The notes below the pieces were generated by a model. The model was not told where the DNA came from, did no database searches, and saw only the letters and a program-made list of their open reading frames with translations. DNA of 64,000 nt from an uncultured Clostridium sp. (lineage in GTDB: Bacteria; Bacillota; Clostridia; TANB77; CAG-508), in contig CAMJCT010000006.1 of the NCBI GenBank assembly GCA_946404215.1, positions 6,244 to 70,243 on the forward strand, given 5' to 3'. The translations under genes were made by a program, and so were the position numbers. This document shows positions 20,124 through 28,905 of this stretch, piece after piece. Position 1 is the first letter of the stretch. Every line of letters starts with the position of its first letter.

Positions 20124-20750
20124 ATGAAGGAAAAAGAAGCTACAAGGCTTAATAAATTAAAGGAGATTGAAAAAGGTTTATATAACAAAGGATTTAAAAA
20201 TATATGCGGAATAGATGAAGCGGGAAGAGGGCCACTTGCAGGCCCTGTTGTTGTAGCTGGTGTTATTATGCCTAAGGATTCTATGATTGAAGGTATAAAT
20301 GATTCCAAAAAGGTTTCAGAGAAGAAGAGAGAAAAATTGTATGATTTGATAATAGAAGAAGCAATTAGTTATTTTGTTGCAATTATTGGACAAGATGTAA
20401 TTGATGAAATTAATATATTAAATGCAACGAAAGAAGGGGTAACTCAGGTGGTAGAAGGATTAGATGTAAAACCAGATTTAATATTAGTAGATGCATTAAC
20501 TCATATTAATACTAAAGGAATACCATATGATTCTATTATAAAAGGAGATGCAAAATGTTATAATATAGCTGCTGCGTCAATACTTGCAAAAGTTACAAGA
20601 GATAGAATTATGAGACAGTGGGATGAAGTATATCCTGAGTATGGTTTTATAACACATAAAGGATATGGCACAGCTAAGCATATTGCTGCAATAAAAGAAT
20701 ATGGTCTATGCTCAATACATAGAAAAAGCTTTACTAAAAATTTTATATAA
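20124..20750 (+). CDS. rnhB: ribonuclease HII
   Basis: GIDEAGRGPLAGPVVVAGV and DSKKVS motifs. Confidence 0.93.
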   Translation: MKEKEATRLNKLKEIEKGLYNKGFKNICGIDEAGRGPLAGPVVVAGVIMPKDSMIEGINDSKKVSEKKREKLYDLIIEEAISYFVAIIGQDVIDEINILNATKEGVTQVVEGLDVKPDLILVDALTHINTKGIPYDSIIKGDAKCYNIAAASILAKVTRDRIMRQWDEVYPEYGFITHKGYGTAKHIAAIKEYGLCSIHRKSFTKNFI

Positions 20751-20777
20751 CTATATATTAAACGAAAGGAAAAATGT

Positions 20778-22082
20778 ATGATAATAACAGATATTATAGA
20801 AAAAAAGAGAGATAAAAATGAATTAACAAAAGAAGAAATAGATTTTTTTATAAGAGAATATACAAATAACAAAATATCAGATTATCAAGCTGCAGCATTA
20901 ATAATGGCTATTTATTTAAATGGTATGACAAAACAGGAAACGACAAACTTAACTATGGCAATGGCACAATCAGGAGATATATTAGATTTATCAAAATTAA
21001 ATCAGGTAATTGTTGATAAACATTCAACAGGGGGGGTTGGAGATAAGGTTTCTATAATTTTACTTCCAATAATAAGTTCTTTGGGAATTCCTGTTGCTAA
21101 AATGTCTGGAAGAGGTTTAGGGTTTACAGGTGGAACTGCAGATAAATTAGAATCCATTCCAGGATATAAAACGGAAATTAATATAGATAAATTTATTGAT
21201 AATGTTGAAAAAATAGGAATTAGCATGATAACACAAACTTTAAACTTAGCACCTGCAGATAAAAAAATATATGCACTGAGGGATTCTATTTCATGTGTTG
21301 AAAATATTCCTCTTATTGCCTCAAGTATTATGAGTAAAAAAATTGCAAGCGGAGCACAAAAGATAGTAGTAGATGTTACTGTAGGAAAAGGTGCTTTTAT
21401 GAAAAATATTAAAGAGGCAAAAGAATTATCGCAGGAAATGATTGAAATAGGGAAATTAGCAAATAGAGAAACAGTATGTGTTTTAACAAATATGAATGAA
21501 CCTTTGGGGTTTGCAGTAGGGAATAATCTAGAAGTAATAGAAGCAATAAATTTTTTAAAGGGAAATATTATACCAGATGTAGCAGAGGTTGTTTTTGAAT
21601 TGGGTGCTTATATGATAAAATTAGCTGGAAAGGGCGAAAGTCTAGAAAAGAATAAAAAAATGATGATTGACTGTATTAATAATGGCAAAGCATATAAGAA
21701 ATTTTTAGAACTTATAGAAAATCAAGGAGGAGATATATCATATATAGAAAACGTGGAAAACTTTGAAAAAGCAAAGTTTATAAAGCCTATATATTCAGAA
21801 AAAAACGGTTATATAAGTAAAATAGATGCAAAAGAAATAGGAAAAATGTCTTCTTTTTTGGGAGCTGGAAGAGAAAAAAAGGAAGATGAGATAGATAACT
21901 CAGTTGGAATTGTATTAAACAAAAAAGTTGGAAATAAGGTCTCAAAAGACGAAATTTTAGCATATGTACATGCAAATGATGTTAATAAATTAGAAAATGT
22001 AAGCAAAAGAATAATTGAAATAATAAAAATATCTAAAGAAAATGTAAAGCCCGAAGATACAATATTGGGTGTAATTAAATAG
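20778..22082 (+). CDS. pdp: pyrimidine-nucleoside (thymidine) phosphorylase
   Basis: HSTGGVGDK and MSGRGLGFTGGTADKLE motifs. Confidence 0.92.
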   Translation: MIITDIIEKKRDKNELTKEEIDFFIREYTNNKISDYQAAALIMAIYLNGMTKQETTNLTMAMAQSGDILDLSKLNQVIVDKHSTGGVGDKVSIILLPIISSLGIPVAKMSGRGLGFTGGTADKLESIPGYKTEINIDKFIDNVEKIGISMITQTLNLAPADKKIYALRDSISCVENIPLIASSIMSKKIASGAQKIVVDVTVGKGAFMKNIKEAKELSQEMIEIGKLANRETVCVLTNMNEPLGFAVGNNLEVIEAINFLKGNIIPDVAEVVFELGAYMIKLAGKGESLEKNKKMMIDCINNGKAYKKFLELIENQGGDISYIENVENFEKAKFIKPIYSEKNGYISKIDAKEIGKMSSFLGAGREKKEDEIDNSVGIVLNKKVGNKVSKDEILAYVHANDVNKLENVSKRIIEIIKISKENVKPEDTILGVIK

Positions 22083-22151
22083 TGCTAAATGTAGTCTACT
22101 GTGAAATGGAACATTTTGTAAAGTTAATTTATGGAATTTGTATAAAAATAA

Positions 22152-22179
22152 TTGAAAATTTGACATTATATGATATAAT
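22152..22179 (+). promoter_or_regulatory. sigma-A-type promoter upstream of the small membrane ORF and cdaA
   Basis: TTGAAA, 16 nt, TATAAT. Confidence 0.5.
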
Positions 22180-22211
22180 ATTGGTTAGATTGATAGGAAG
22201 GGATGAATTTT

Positions 22212-22361
22212 ATGAGCAAGAAAGTACAAAATGAAAATAAAAATGAAAATCAAAAAAAATATGATAGAGGACAAGTATTTGTAAAGGTTATGGCAGGCTT
22301 TTTAGCTGCTTTAATGGTTTTAGCAACATGTGGTACTCTTATATTTGCACTAATGAGATAA
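22212..22361 (+). CDS. small membrane protein (49 aa), DUF4044-like
   Basis: Not in the ORF track because it is under 60 aa. Sequence MSKKVQNENKNENQKKYDRGQVFVKVMAGFLAALMVLATCGTLIFALMR. GGAAGGGA lies upstream and one C-terminal TM helix is present. Confidence 0.5.
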   Translation: MSKKVQNENKNENQKKYDRGQVFVKVMAGFLAALMVLATCGTLIFALMR

Positions 22362-22376
22362 AATAAGGAGAAGTAG

Positions 22377-23273
22377 ATGGTAATTAATTTAGGTATGAAT
22401 TGGGAAAATTTTTACACGGAAAATATTGCAGAATATATAAAATCATTACAAGAAAATCCTTTTGAACTGGTTACTTTTATATTAGACATTACAATAGTTT
22501 TATTTTTGCTGTATTGTTTTTTCAAAGTTGTAAAAGGTTCTAGAGCTGGGCAATTAATAAAGGGAATAATTCTTTTGGTAATTTCTACTTGGGTAAGTGG
22601 ACTACTAAATTTAAAAATTTTGAATTGGATTTTAACAGGTATTATGAATTTAGGTGTAATTGCTATTATTGTAATATTTCAGCCTGAATTAAGGAGAGCT
22701 TTGGAACAATTAGGAACCAATAAATTTAATCAATTTTTTGGTAGTGATAGAGATTTAGAAACAAGAACCAAAGAAGATATTTATAAAATTGCAATTGCTG
22801 CAACAGAACTTTCAAAGAGCAAAGTAGGGGCTTTAATTGTAATAGAAAGAGATATAAGAATACAAGATATTGTATCAACCGGAATACCAATGAATGCAGA
22901 GGTTTCACCACAATTGTTGGTAAATATTTTTGAACCAAATACTCCACTTCATGATGGTGCTGTTGTAATATCTGAAAACAAAATAGCAGCAGCAGCATGT
23001 GTTTTACCATTGTCAGATGATAAAGATATTGCAAAGGAATTGGGAACTAGACATAGAGCTGCAATTGGGATTTCTAAAGAATCAGATAGCATAGCTGTTG
23101 TAGTATCTGAAGAAACAGGAAAAATATCTGTTGCAAAAGACGGTACTCTAATAGCAGATGTGCGAGAAGATGTATTAAAGAAAATATTAATAAGTAATAT
23201 TATAACAAAAAGGTTTGCACCAGAGAGGGAGAAAAAGGGGTTTATAAATATAAAAAAGAATAAAGATAAATAA
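22377..23273 (+). CDS. cdaA: diadenylate cyclase CdaA
   Basis: Three N-terminal TM helices plus DAC domain motifs TPLHDGAVVI and RHRAAIGISKESD. Confidence 0.9.
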   Translation: MVINLGMNWENFYTENIAEYIKSLQENPFELVTFILDITIVLFLLYCFFKVVKGSRAGQLIKGIILLVISTWVSGLLNLKILNWILTGIMNLGVIAIIVIFQPELRRALEQLGTNKFNQFFGSDRDLETRTKEDIYKIAIAATELSKSKVGALIVIERDIRIQDIVSTGIPMNAEVSPQLLVNIFEPNTPLHDGAVVISENKIAAAACVLPLSDDKDIAKELGTRHRAAIGISKESDSIAVVVSEETGKISVAKDGTLIADVREDVLKKILISNIITKRFAPEREKKGFINIKKNKDK

Positions 23274-23347
23274 AAACAAAAGAGGCAGCTTTTTAAATTA
23301 TTTAAATTTTAAGCATGCCCCTTTTCAAATTGTGTATGGGAGAAAAA

Positions 23348-24086
23348 ATGAGAAATATAAAACTAACAATAGAATATGATGGAAAAGATTTTAATCGGTT
23401 GGCAAAAACAACCAACGAAGCTAAATATTCAAGGAACAATAGAGGAGGCTATTAAACAGATTACTGGAGAAGAAGTTGAACTTATTGCATCTGGAAGGAC
23501 AGACAGCGGAGTACATGCTTTGGGACAAGTTGCTAATTTTAAAACTAATTCTAATATACCAATAGAAAAAATACCTATTGCAATAAATAGTAAATTAAAG
23601 AAATCTATTATAATTAAATCTGCTGAAGAAGTTGATGAAAGATTTCATAGCAGGCTTACGTGTAAAAGAAAAACATATAGATATGTAATAGATAATTCTA
23701 AATATGGCACAGCAATATATAGAAATTTAGAGACATTTATTCCTGTAAAATTGAATGTAGAAAAAATGAAAGAAGCAGTAAAATATTTTGAAGGAGAACA
23801 TGATTTTAAAGCATTTAAAGCAAGTGGAACAAGTAGCAAAAGTAGTGTGAGGACTATTTATGAAGCAAATGTAATAGAAAAGGAAGACGATAGAATTTGG
23901 ATAGAATTAACAGGTAATGGATTTTTATATAATATGGTCAGAATAATTGCAGGCACATTGGTGGATATAGGGCTCGGAAAGATTGAACCACATGATATAG
24001 AAACTATAATTAAATCTAAAAAACGAGAAAATGCAGGAAAAACATTACCGCCTCAAGGATTATTTTTGGTAAAGGTGGAATATTAA
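23348..24086 (+). CDS. truA: tRNA pseudouridine(38-40) synthase TruA. The first 16 codons (MRNIKLTIEYDGKDFN) are in one frame and the rest (GWQKQP...) is in the +1 frame, with the break at 23396.
   Basis: The family N-terminus YDGxxFxGWQxQ is split across two frames. Catalytic GRTDSGVHA lies downstream. GGGAGAAAAA RBS precedes 23348. Confidence 0.85.
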
Positions 24087-24207
24087 TAGTTTTATAGTTA
24101 TATAAAACGATAGCTATGTAGAAAAATATAGGTATAAGTATTTAGTAGAACAAAAAAATGAATATTGCATAGAATATAGTAAAATATGAAAAGGAGATGT
24201 AGATAAT

Positions 24208-24576
24208 ATGAATACTTTACTTATATTTTTTGCCTTACCTGTAGCCACTATAATAATTTCAATAGCATTACAAAAAATTTTAAAATGTCCAGCATTGGTT
24301 GCGGGAATAATATTTGCAGTTTTTTTAATAGTTACATTTGTAATTGGAAATTTAAATTTATTAATTGCAACTATTATTTATACTATAATTAGTTTTTTAA
24401 CTGCATTTATAATATGCATGATTTGCCCATTTTTAAGTAATCAAAATGATGAAAATAATTCTAATTGCTCATGTAATTGTGGATGTGGTAACAATCAAAG
24501 TGCTGAGGAAAGTGATGTGATGAGCTGCAATAATAGATTCTATAATACAGCGTATAGAAATAGTAGAAGAAGATAA
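24208..24576 (+). CDS. small membrane protein with Cys-rich C-terminal tail
   Basis: Three hydrophobic helices followed by NCSCNCGCGNNQ...SCNN. No family recognised. Confidence 0.5.
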   Translation: MNTLLIFFALPVATIIISIALQKILKCPALVAGIIFAVFLIVTFVIGNLNLLIATIIYTIISFLTAFIICMICPFLSNQNDENNSNCSCNCGCGNNQSAEESDVMSCNNRFYNTAYRNSRRR

Positions 24577-24679
24577 ATGTTTTTCGAATAATCTCGGTCT
24601 TGTAACTTATTTATTGGTAGATGTATTGAAAATGTAGAAATTATATGTTATTATATATAAACGAAAGAAGAGGTATAAA

Positions 24680-25528
24680 ATGTTAGATGTTTTAAAAGAC
24701 ACAGTATTTGATGGTTTAAAGTTACTACCATTTTTATTCATAACTTATTTAATAATGGAATATATAGAGCATAAGACTAAAGATAAAACGAAGGAATCTA
24801 TAAAAAAATCTGGAAAACTAGGACCATTAATAGGAAGTTTACTTGGAATGTTTCCACAATGTGGTTTTTCAGTTTCAGCTACTAATTTATATGCAGGCAG
24901 AGTAATTACTTTAGGTACATTGATTTCCGTGTATTTATCTACATCTGATGAAATGCTACCTATACTTTTATATAATGTACCTATTGATATTATTTTAAAG
25001 ATATTGGGTATAAAAGTATTAATTGGAATTGTAGCAGGATTTATAATAGATTTGGTGTTGAGGCTGAAAAATAAAAATCAAGAAGAAGAGAAAATAGTTG
25101 ATTTGTGTGAAAAAGAACACTGCCATTGTGAACATGGGATTGTTAAGTCAGCATTAAAGCATACATTAAGTATATTTGTATATATTTTTATAATTTCAAT
25201 TGTTATTAATAGTGCTGTTTATTTTGCAGGTGAGGAAAATATTTCGTCATTCTTGCAGAATACACCTATTTTAGGACCATTAATTGCAGGGTTAATAGGA
25301 TTAATACCAAATTGCGCTTCGTCTGTAATAATTACACAAATGTATTTAGAAAATGTTATTTCTGTATCTACATTGATTTCTGGATTATTAGTAGGGGCAG
25401 GACTTGGTATTGCAGTTTTGTTTAAAACAAATAAAGGATTTAAAGAAAATGTGAAAATTGTTGCTCTATTATATACTATAGGAGTTACTTGCGGAATGAT
25501 TTTGGAATTTATAGGAATTCAAATATAA
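24680..25528 (+). CDS. putative 10-TM metal exporter (ArsP_2/PF11449-like, often annotated as a putative manganese transporter)
   Basis: LPFLFITYLIMEYIEH...FPQCGFSVSATNLYAGRVITLGTLISVYLSTSDEMLPIL, with an internal repeat (IPNCASSV). Confidence 0.6.
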   Translation: MLDVLKDTVFDGLKLLPFLFITYLIMEYIEHKTKDKTKESIKKSGKLGPLIGSLLGMFPQCGFSVSATNLYAGRVITLGTLISVYLSTSDEMLPILLYNVPIDIILKILGIKVLIGIVAGFIIDLVLRLKNKNQEEEKIVDLCEKEHCHCEHGIVKSALKHTLSIFVYIFIISIVINSAVYFAGEENISSFLQNTPILGPLIAGLIGLIPNCASSVIITQMYLENVISVSTLISGLLVGAGLGIAVLFKTNKGFKENVKIVALLYTIGVTCGMILEFIGIQI

Positions 25529-25560
25529 TAAAATCCCCACTTTTAGGTGGGGGTTTTATT
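25528..25560. terminator. bidirectional terminator
   Basis: AAAATCCCCAC / GTGGGGGTTTT stem between convergent genes. Confidence 0.8.
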
Positions 25561-27901
25561 ATTTGTTCTCACTGTTAGGATTTCCTTTTTTTAAGTTGAA
25601 GATTATGGCGTCTTCGTTATCAAATAGATATTTTGAATCTGTAGTATCTGTTTGTATAGGATTGAATTCGTTTTTTTCATCAATAAAATCCAAATTTTTT
25701 AAATCAAATTTCTTTTTTGTATTACCTTCTGAGTCTTCTGAATCTGTTGTAACACTATCTGAAAATTTACCAAAATCATAACTTTTTATTTTTTGAGGTT
25801 CTTTATATTTTGATTGAAGATATTCAAAATCTCCAGGTCCAACTATAGGTTTTCCATTTTCACCTCTAATTTTATAAGCACATCTTTTTTGTGTTAATGT
25901 TTGAAGTTTTCCTTCTTTAAAATGTTTTACAAATTCCCATTTAACACTTCCATATTTTGAGTCATATTTCATAGTATTCATGTCCATACTGTTGGAGTAA
26001 GTCCATTCTCTGTATGTACCAAATTCATTTGACCACCAGCTTATTTCATCAAATTCAGCGTTTCCAGTGAATATTTTGTTTGCACAGTTAGAAAGTATTG
26101 TTGAACGGTAGTTAGTATTTCCTTCAGGTCCTTTTAATTGAGATAAGCTCTGAACAGAAATTGTAGTGGCTACCTTGTATTTTCTAAACATTGTAAACAT
26201 TGGTTCTGTAGCTTTACAAATAAAATCACTGAATTCATCAACATATAAGAAATATGGTGTTCTATTGTTTTCATTTCCAGGTCTTCTTAAAACTGCATTT
26301 TGCATTGAAAGTAAGAAGAATAATCCAAACGCTTTGTGACCTGCAGCTCCTAAATCTCCTCTTCTAGTACATATAAATATCATTTTTCCTTCTTCAAGAG
26401 CTTTATCAAAATCTATGTTAGAATGCCTGTTGCATAGTATAGGTTTTATGTTAGGAATTCTAAGTAAATTGTCTAATTGTGTTATAGATGGGTATATGTA
26501 TTTTTCCATATTTTCTCTTCCAGGAGCATTTTTATAAAAGTTTTTCTTAAAGTATGTTAATTGTATACTATATTTTTCTTTTAATACTTCGTCATGAGCC
26601 ATAATTTCGCACATTTTTTCTATTAATTCGAAATTATTTAATACTTTTAATAGATCTTCCATGTTTGGAAGGCTTCCTTCGTGCATTCTAGGATAAATTT
26701 CTTTTAATAGAATTGATACATTTTCAATTGCTTGAACAGATAAGTCGTCTCTGTATGCTTCTTCTACGTCTACATTTGCTGTTAAATACATGGCTTTTAG
26801 AATAGATGTAATTGTTGTTGCAATTTTAAATGAATCTTTGTAAATAAAAGGGTTTAATCCTATAGATTTATTAATATTATTTGGATCAATTAAGTCATAA
26901 GATATTCCAAAGTTTTCACATACATCTGTCATGTGTTCTATTACTTCATAATCGGGAGCCATTAAGGCAAGCCCTAAATTTCTATAAATAAGTCTATTTC
27001 CAGAAGTGCCTAAAATCATTTTCTTTAGATAAGCTTTAAAGACTGTTTCTTTACCTTCTACAGGAGATATCATATTTAAGTTGAAGTTTTTATTTAAATA
27101 TTCGTTATCATAAGGGCTGTTTAATGTTGCTATTTTTGTTTTTAAAGCTGTAAATCCAATTTCTTTTGAGGCTTCTCTATAAAAATGTTTTCTTTCAATA
27201 TCTTTTGCAATTAAAGGTTCATAGACTAAAGATGTTTTCCCTGTACCAGAGCCACCACATACGAATAGTGATTGGTATCTAGAACTTTCAGGTATAATAA
27301 TTTTTTTGTTGTTTTCGTTATTTGTACATAAATATACTTCACATGTATATGGACCATGTCCTTCTTTTTTATTTGATAAATCTATTCCACCATAGTCCCA
27401 AATTGAACGTGTTTGGTCTTTACTGTCTCTAACTCCAAAGTATAACCATTTAAATAGTGGGAAAAATGTTGCAAGAGGCAAGTATAAAGATATACTTACA
27501 AATGCAGGTGTTACTAAATCTGAAAAGTCTGTTATTAGTTCAGTATAGTTTGGAACAGAAAGAAGTAGTAACCATGCTCCCATATTAAGCCACTGTGTGA
27601 ACATAGAAATTGCTATTATATATAGAGATATAACAAACACATAAAAAAATGTGACTTGATATGTTTTGTTTTTTACGAATTTGGAAGGTACTGAAAATGC
27701 GTATCCGAAAATAGGGCATGCTAATGCTAGTGTGTATTCAATAGGACCCCAGTATGAATAAGAAACTCCAGTAAAAATCATTAAAAGCATTTCTACAATT
27801 CTATCTATTGCTAGATAAAGTGTTACCAATGTTAGTATATATGTTGCGAATGTATTTCTATCTGTATTTAATTTTTTCAAAAATTTGTCTATTAGTTTCA
27901 T
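25559..27901 (-). CDS. membrane-anchored P-loop NTPase of the TraD/TraG/VirD4 (type IV coupling protein) type, with no other transfer genes nearby
   Basis: N-terminal block of hydrophobic helices. Walker A FVCGGSGTGKTS and Walker B YFLYVDEFSDF. Start set at MKLIDKF (GAAAGGA upstream). Confidence 0.65.
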   Translation of the reverse strand: MKLIDKFLKKLNTDRNTFATYILTLVTLYLAIDRIVEMLLMIFTGVSYSYWGPIEYTLALACPIFGYAFSVPSKFVKNKTYQVTFFYVFVISLYIIAISMFTQWLNMGAWLLLLSVPNYTELITDFSDLVTPAFVSISLYLPLATFFPLFKWLYFGVRDSKDQTRSIWDYGGIDLSNKKEGHGPYTCEVYLCTNNENNKKIIIPESSRYQSLFVCGGSGTGKTSLVYEPLIAKDIERKHFYREASKEIGFTALKTKIATLNSPYDNEYLNKNFNLNMISPVEGKETVFKAYLKKMILGTSGNRLIYRNLGLALMAPDYEVIEHMTDVCENFGISYDLIDPNNINKSIGLNPFIYKDSFKIATTITSILKAMYLTANVDVEEAYRDDLSVQAIENVSILLKEIYPRMHEGSLPNMEDLLKVLNNFELIEKMCEIMAHDEVLKEKYSIQLTYFKKNFYKNAPGRENMEKYIYPSITQLDNLLRIPNIKPILCNRHSNIDFDKALEEGKMIFICTRRGDLGAAGHKAFGLFFLLSMQNAVLRRPGNENNRTPYFLYVDEFSDFICKATEPMFTMFRKYKVATTISVQSLSQLKGPEGNTNYRSTILSNCANKIFTGNAEFDEISWWSNEFGTYREWTYSNSMDMNTMKYDSKYGSVKWEFVKHFKEGKLQTLTQKRCAYKIRGENGKPIVGPGDFEYLQSKYKEPQKIKSYDFGKFSDSVTTDSEDSEGNTKKKFDLKNLDFIDEKNEFNPIQTDTTDSKYLFDNEDAIIFNLKKGNPNSENK

Positions 27902-28101
27902 AGAAATAGTCCTTTCAATTATATTTTTATACATATATATTATCCTACAAAATTGCGAAAAATACAAGAGAAAATGGAAAAATAATATATTTTTTGCTTT
28001 TAAGCTGTGAATTTTAATACATAAGAATTAATAATAGAGAATATAATAATTAGAATGTTAATTATTTATTTTTTTTATAAAGGAAAGGATGGTTTGAAAA
28101 C

Positions 28102-28389
28102 ATGGAGAATGAAGGATTTGTTAAAGAGAAAAAGATAAAGGAGAAGACAGAACTTGAGAAAGAGAATGAATTAATTAGGGCAATAATAAGGGCTAGAGAG
28201 GATTTGAAAAGGTTAAACCAAAATTTTGAATATGCACAAGATGATTTAATAGATTATTATGCATACCAGATAAAAGCAAATCAAGCTAAATTAGATTATT
28301 TAATAAAATTAGCAAAAACAAATGGTATAAAAGTAGACATGATTAGTGATATGAAATTATCTGTATGGGATGAAGAAAGAGCAGTATAG
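28102..28389 (+). CDS. yaaL: YaaL-family protein (DUF2508)
   Basis: Small helical protein (...YYAYQIKANQAKLDYLIKLAKTNG...) immediately upstream of bofA, as in B. subtilis yaaL-bofA. Confidence 0.6.
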   Translation: MENEGFVKEKKIKEKTELEKENELIRAIIRAREDLKRLNQNFEYAQDDLIDYYAYQIKANQAKLDYLIKLAKTNGIKVDMISDMKLSVWDEERAV

Positions 28390-28523
28390 CATGGGGATGA
28401 ATTGTAAAAAATATCACTAGAGACAAAAGCGGTTGAGGATAACAAATGCTACAAAAATAGTAATAATTGTCCATAAATAAACATACATATTGTAATATAA
28501 AGTGTCATTTGGAGTGGGAAGAT

Positions 28524-28784
28524 ATGGATACAAATATTATTACATATTTAGCATGTATTTGTTTTTTGTTTGTTTTTGGAAGAATTTTTATAGTACCAAT
28601 AAAAAAAATTCTAAAGCTTGCGTTTAATTCCGCTTTAGGAGGGTTACTTATTTGGATTATAAACATAGTAGGTGCAAATTGGGAATTTCATATTGGGTTG
28701 AATTTCTTTACCAGTATCTTAATAGGTGTGCTGGGTATTCCTGGAGCGGTAGTTTTAGTAATAATAAAATTAATGTTAGGATAA
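28524..28784 (+). CDS. bofA: pro-sigma-K processing inhibitor BofA
   Basis: About 86 aa with two TM segments. GRIFIVPIKKILKLAFNSALGGLLIWIIN...GIPGAVVLVII matches BofA. Internal ATG used, preceded by GGAGTGGGAAG. Confidence 0.8.
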   Translation: MDTNIITYLACICFLFVFGRIFIVPIKKILKLAFNSALGGLLIWIINIVGANWEFHIGLNFFTSILIGVLGIPGAVVLVIIKLMLG

Positions 28785-28850
28785 AAAAGTTATAGAGAAA
28801 AAGTATATAGTATAAATATGTTCCATTAATATAAATTTATAAAATATATC

Positions 28851-28877
28851 AAAAAAAGCCATTAATGGCTTTTTTTG
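28851..28877. terminator. bidirectional terminator between bofA and glmS
   Basis: AAAAAAAGCCATTAATGGCTTTTTTT. Confidence 0.85.
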
Positions 28878-28905
28878 ATGTTTTATATAAATTCAAAAAT
28901 TAAGG

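Noticed and set aside
25559-28101. Integrative/conjugative element or plasmid remnant around the TraD/VirD4-like gene
   Set aside because: No integrase, relaxase, other T4SS genes, flanking direct repeats or adjacent tRNA. The flanks are core genes with ordinary terminators. I therefore report a solitary gene, not a mobile element.
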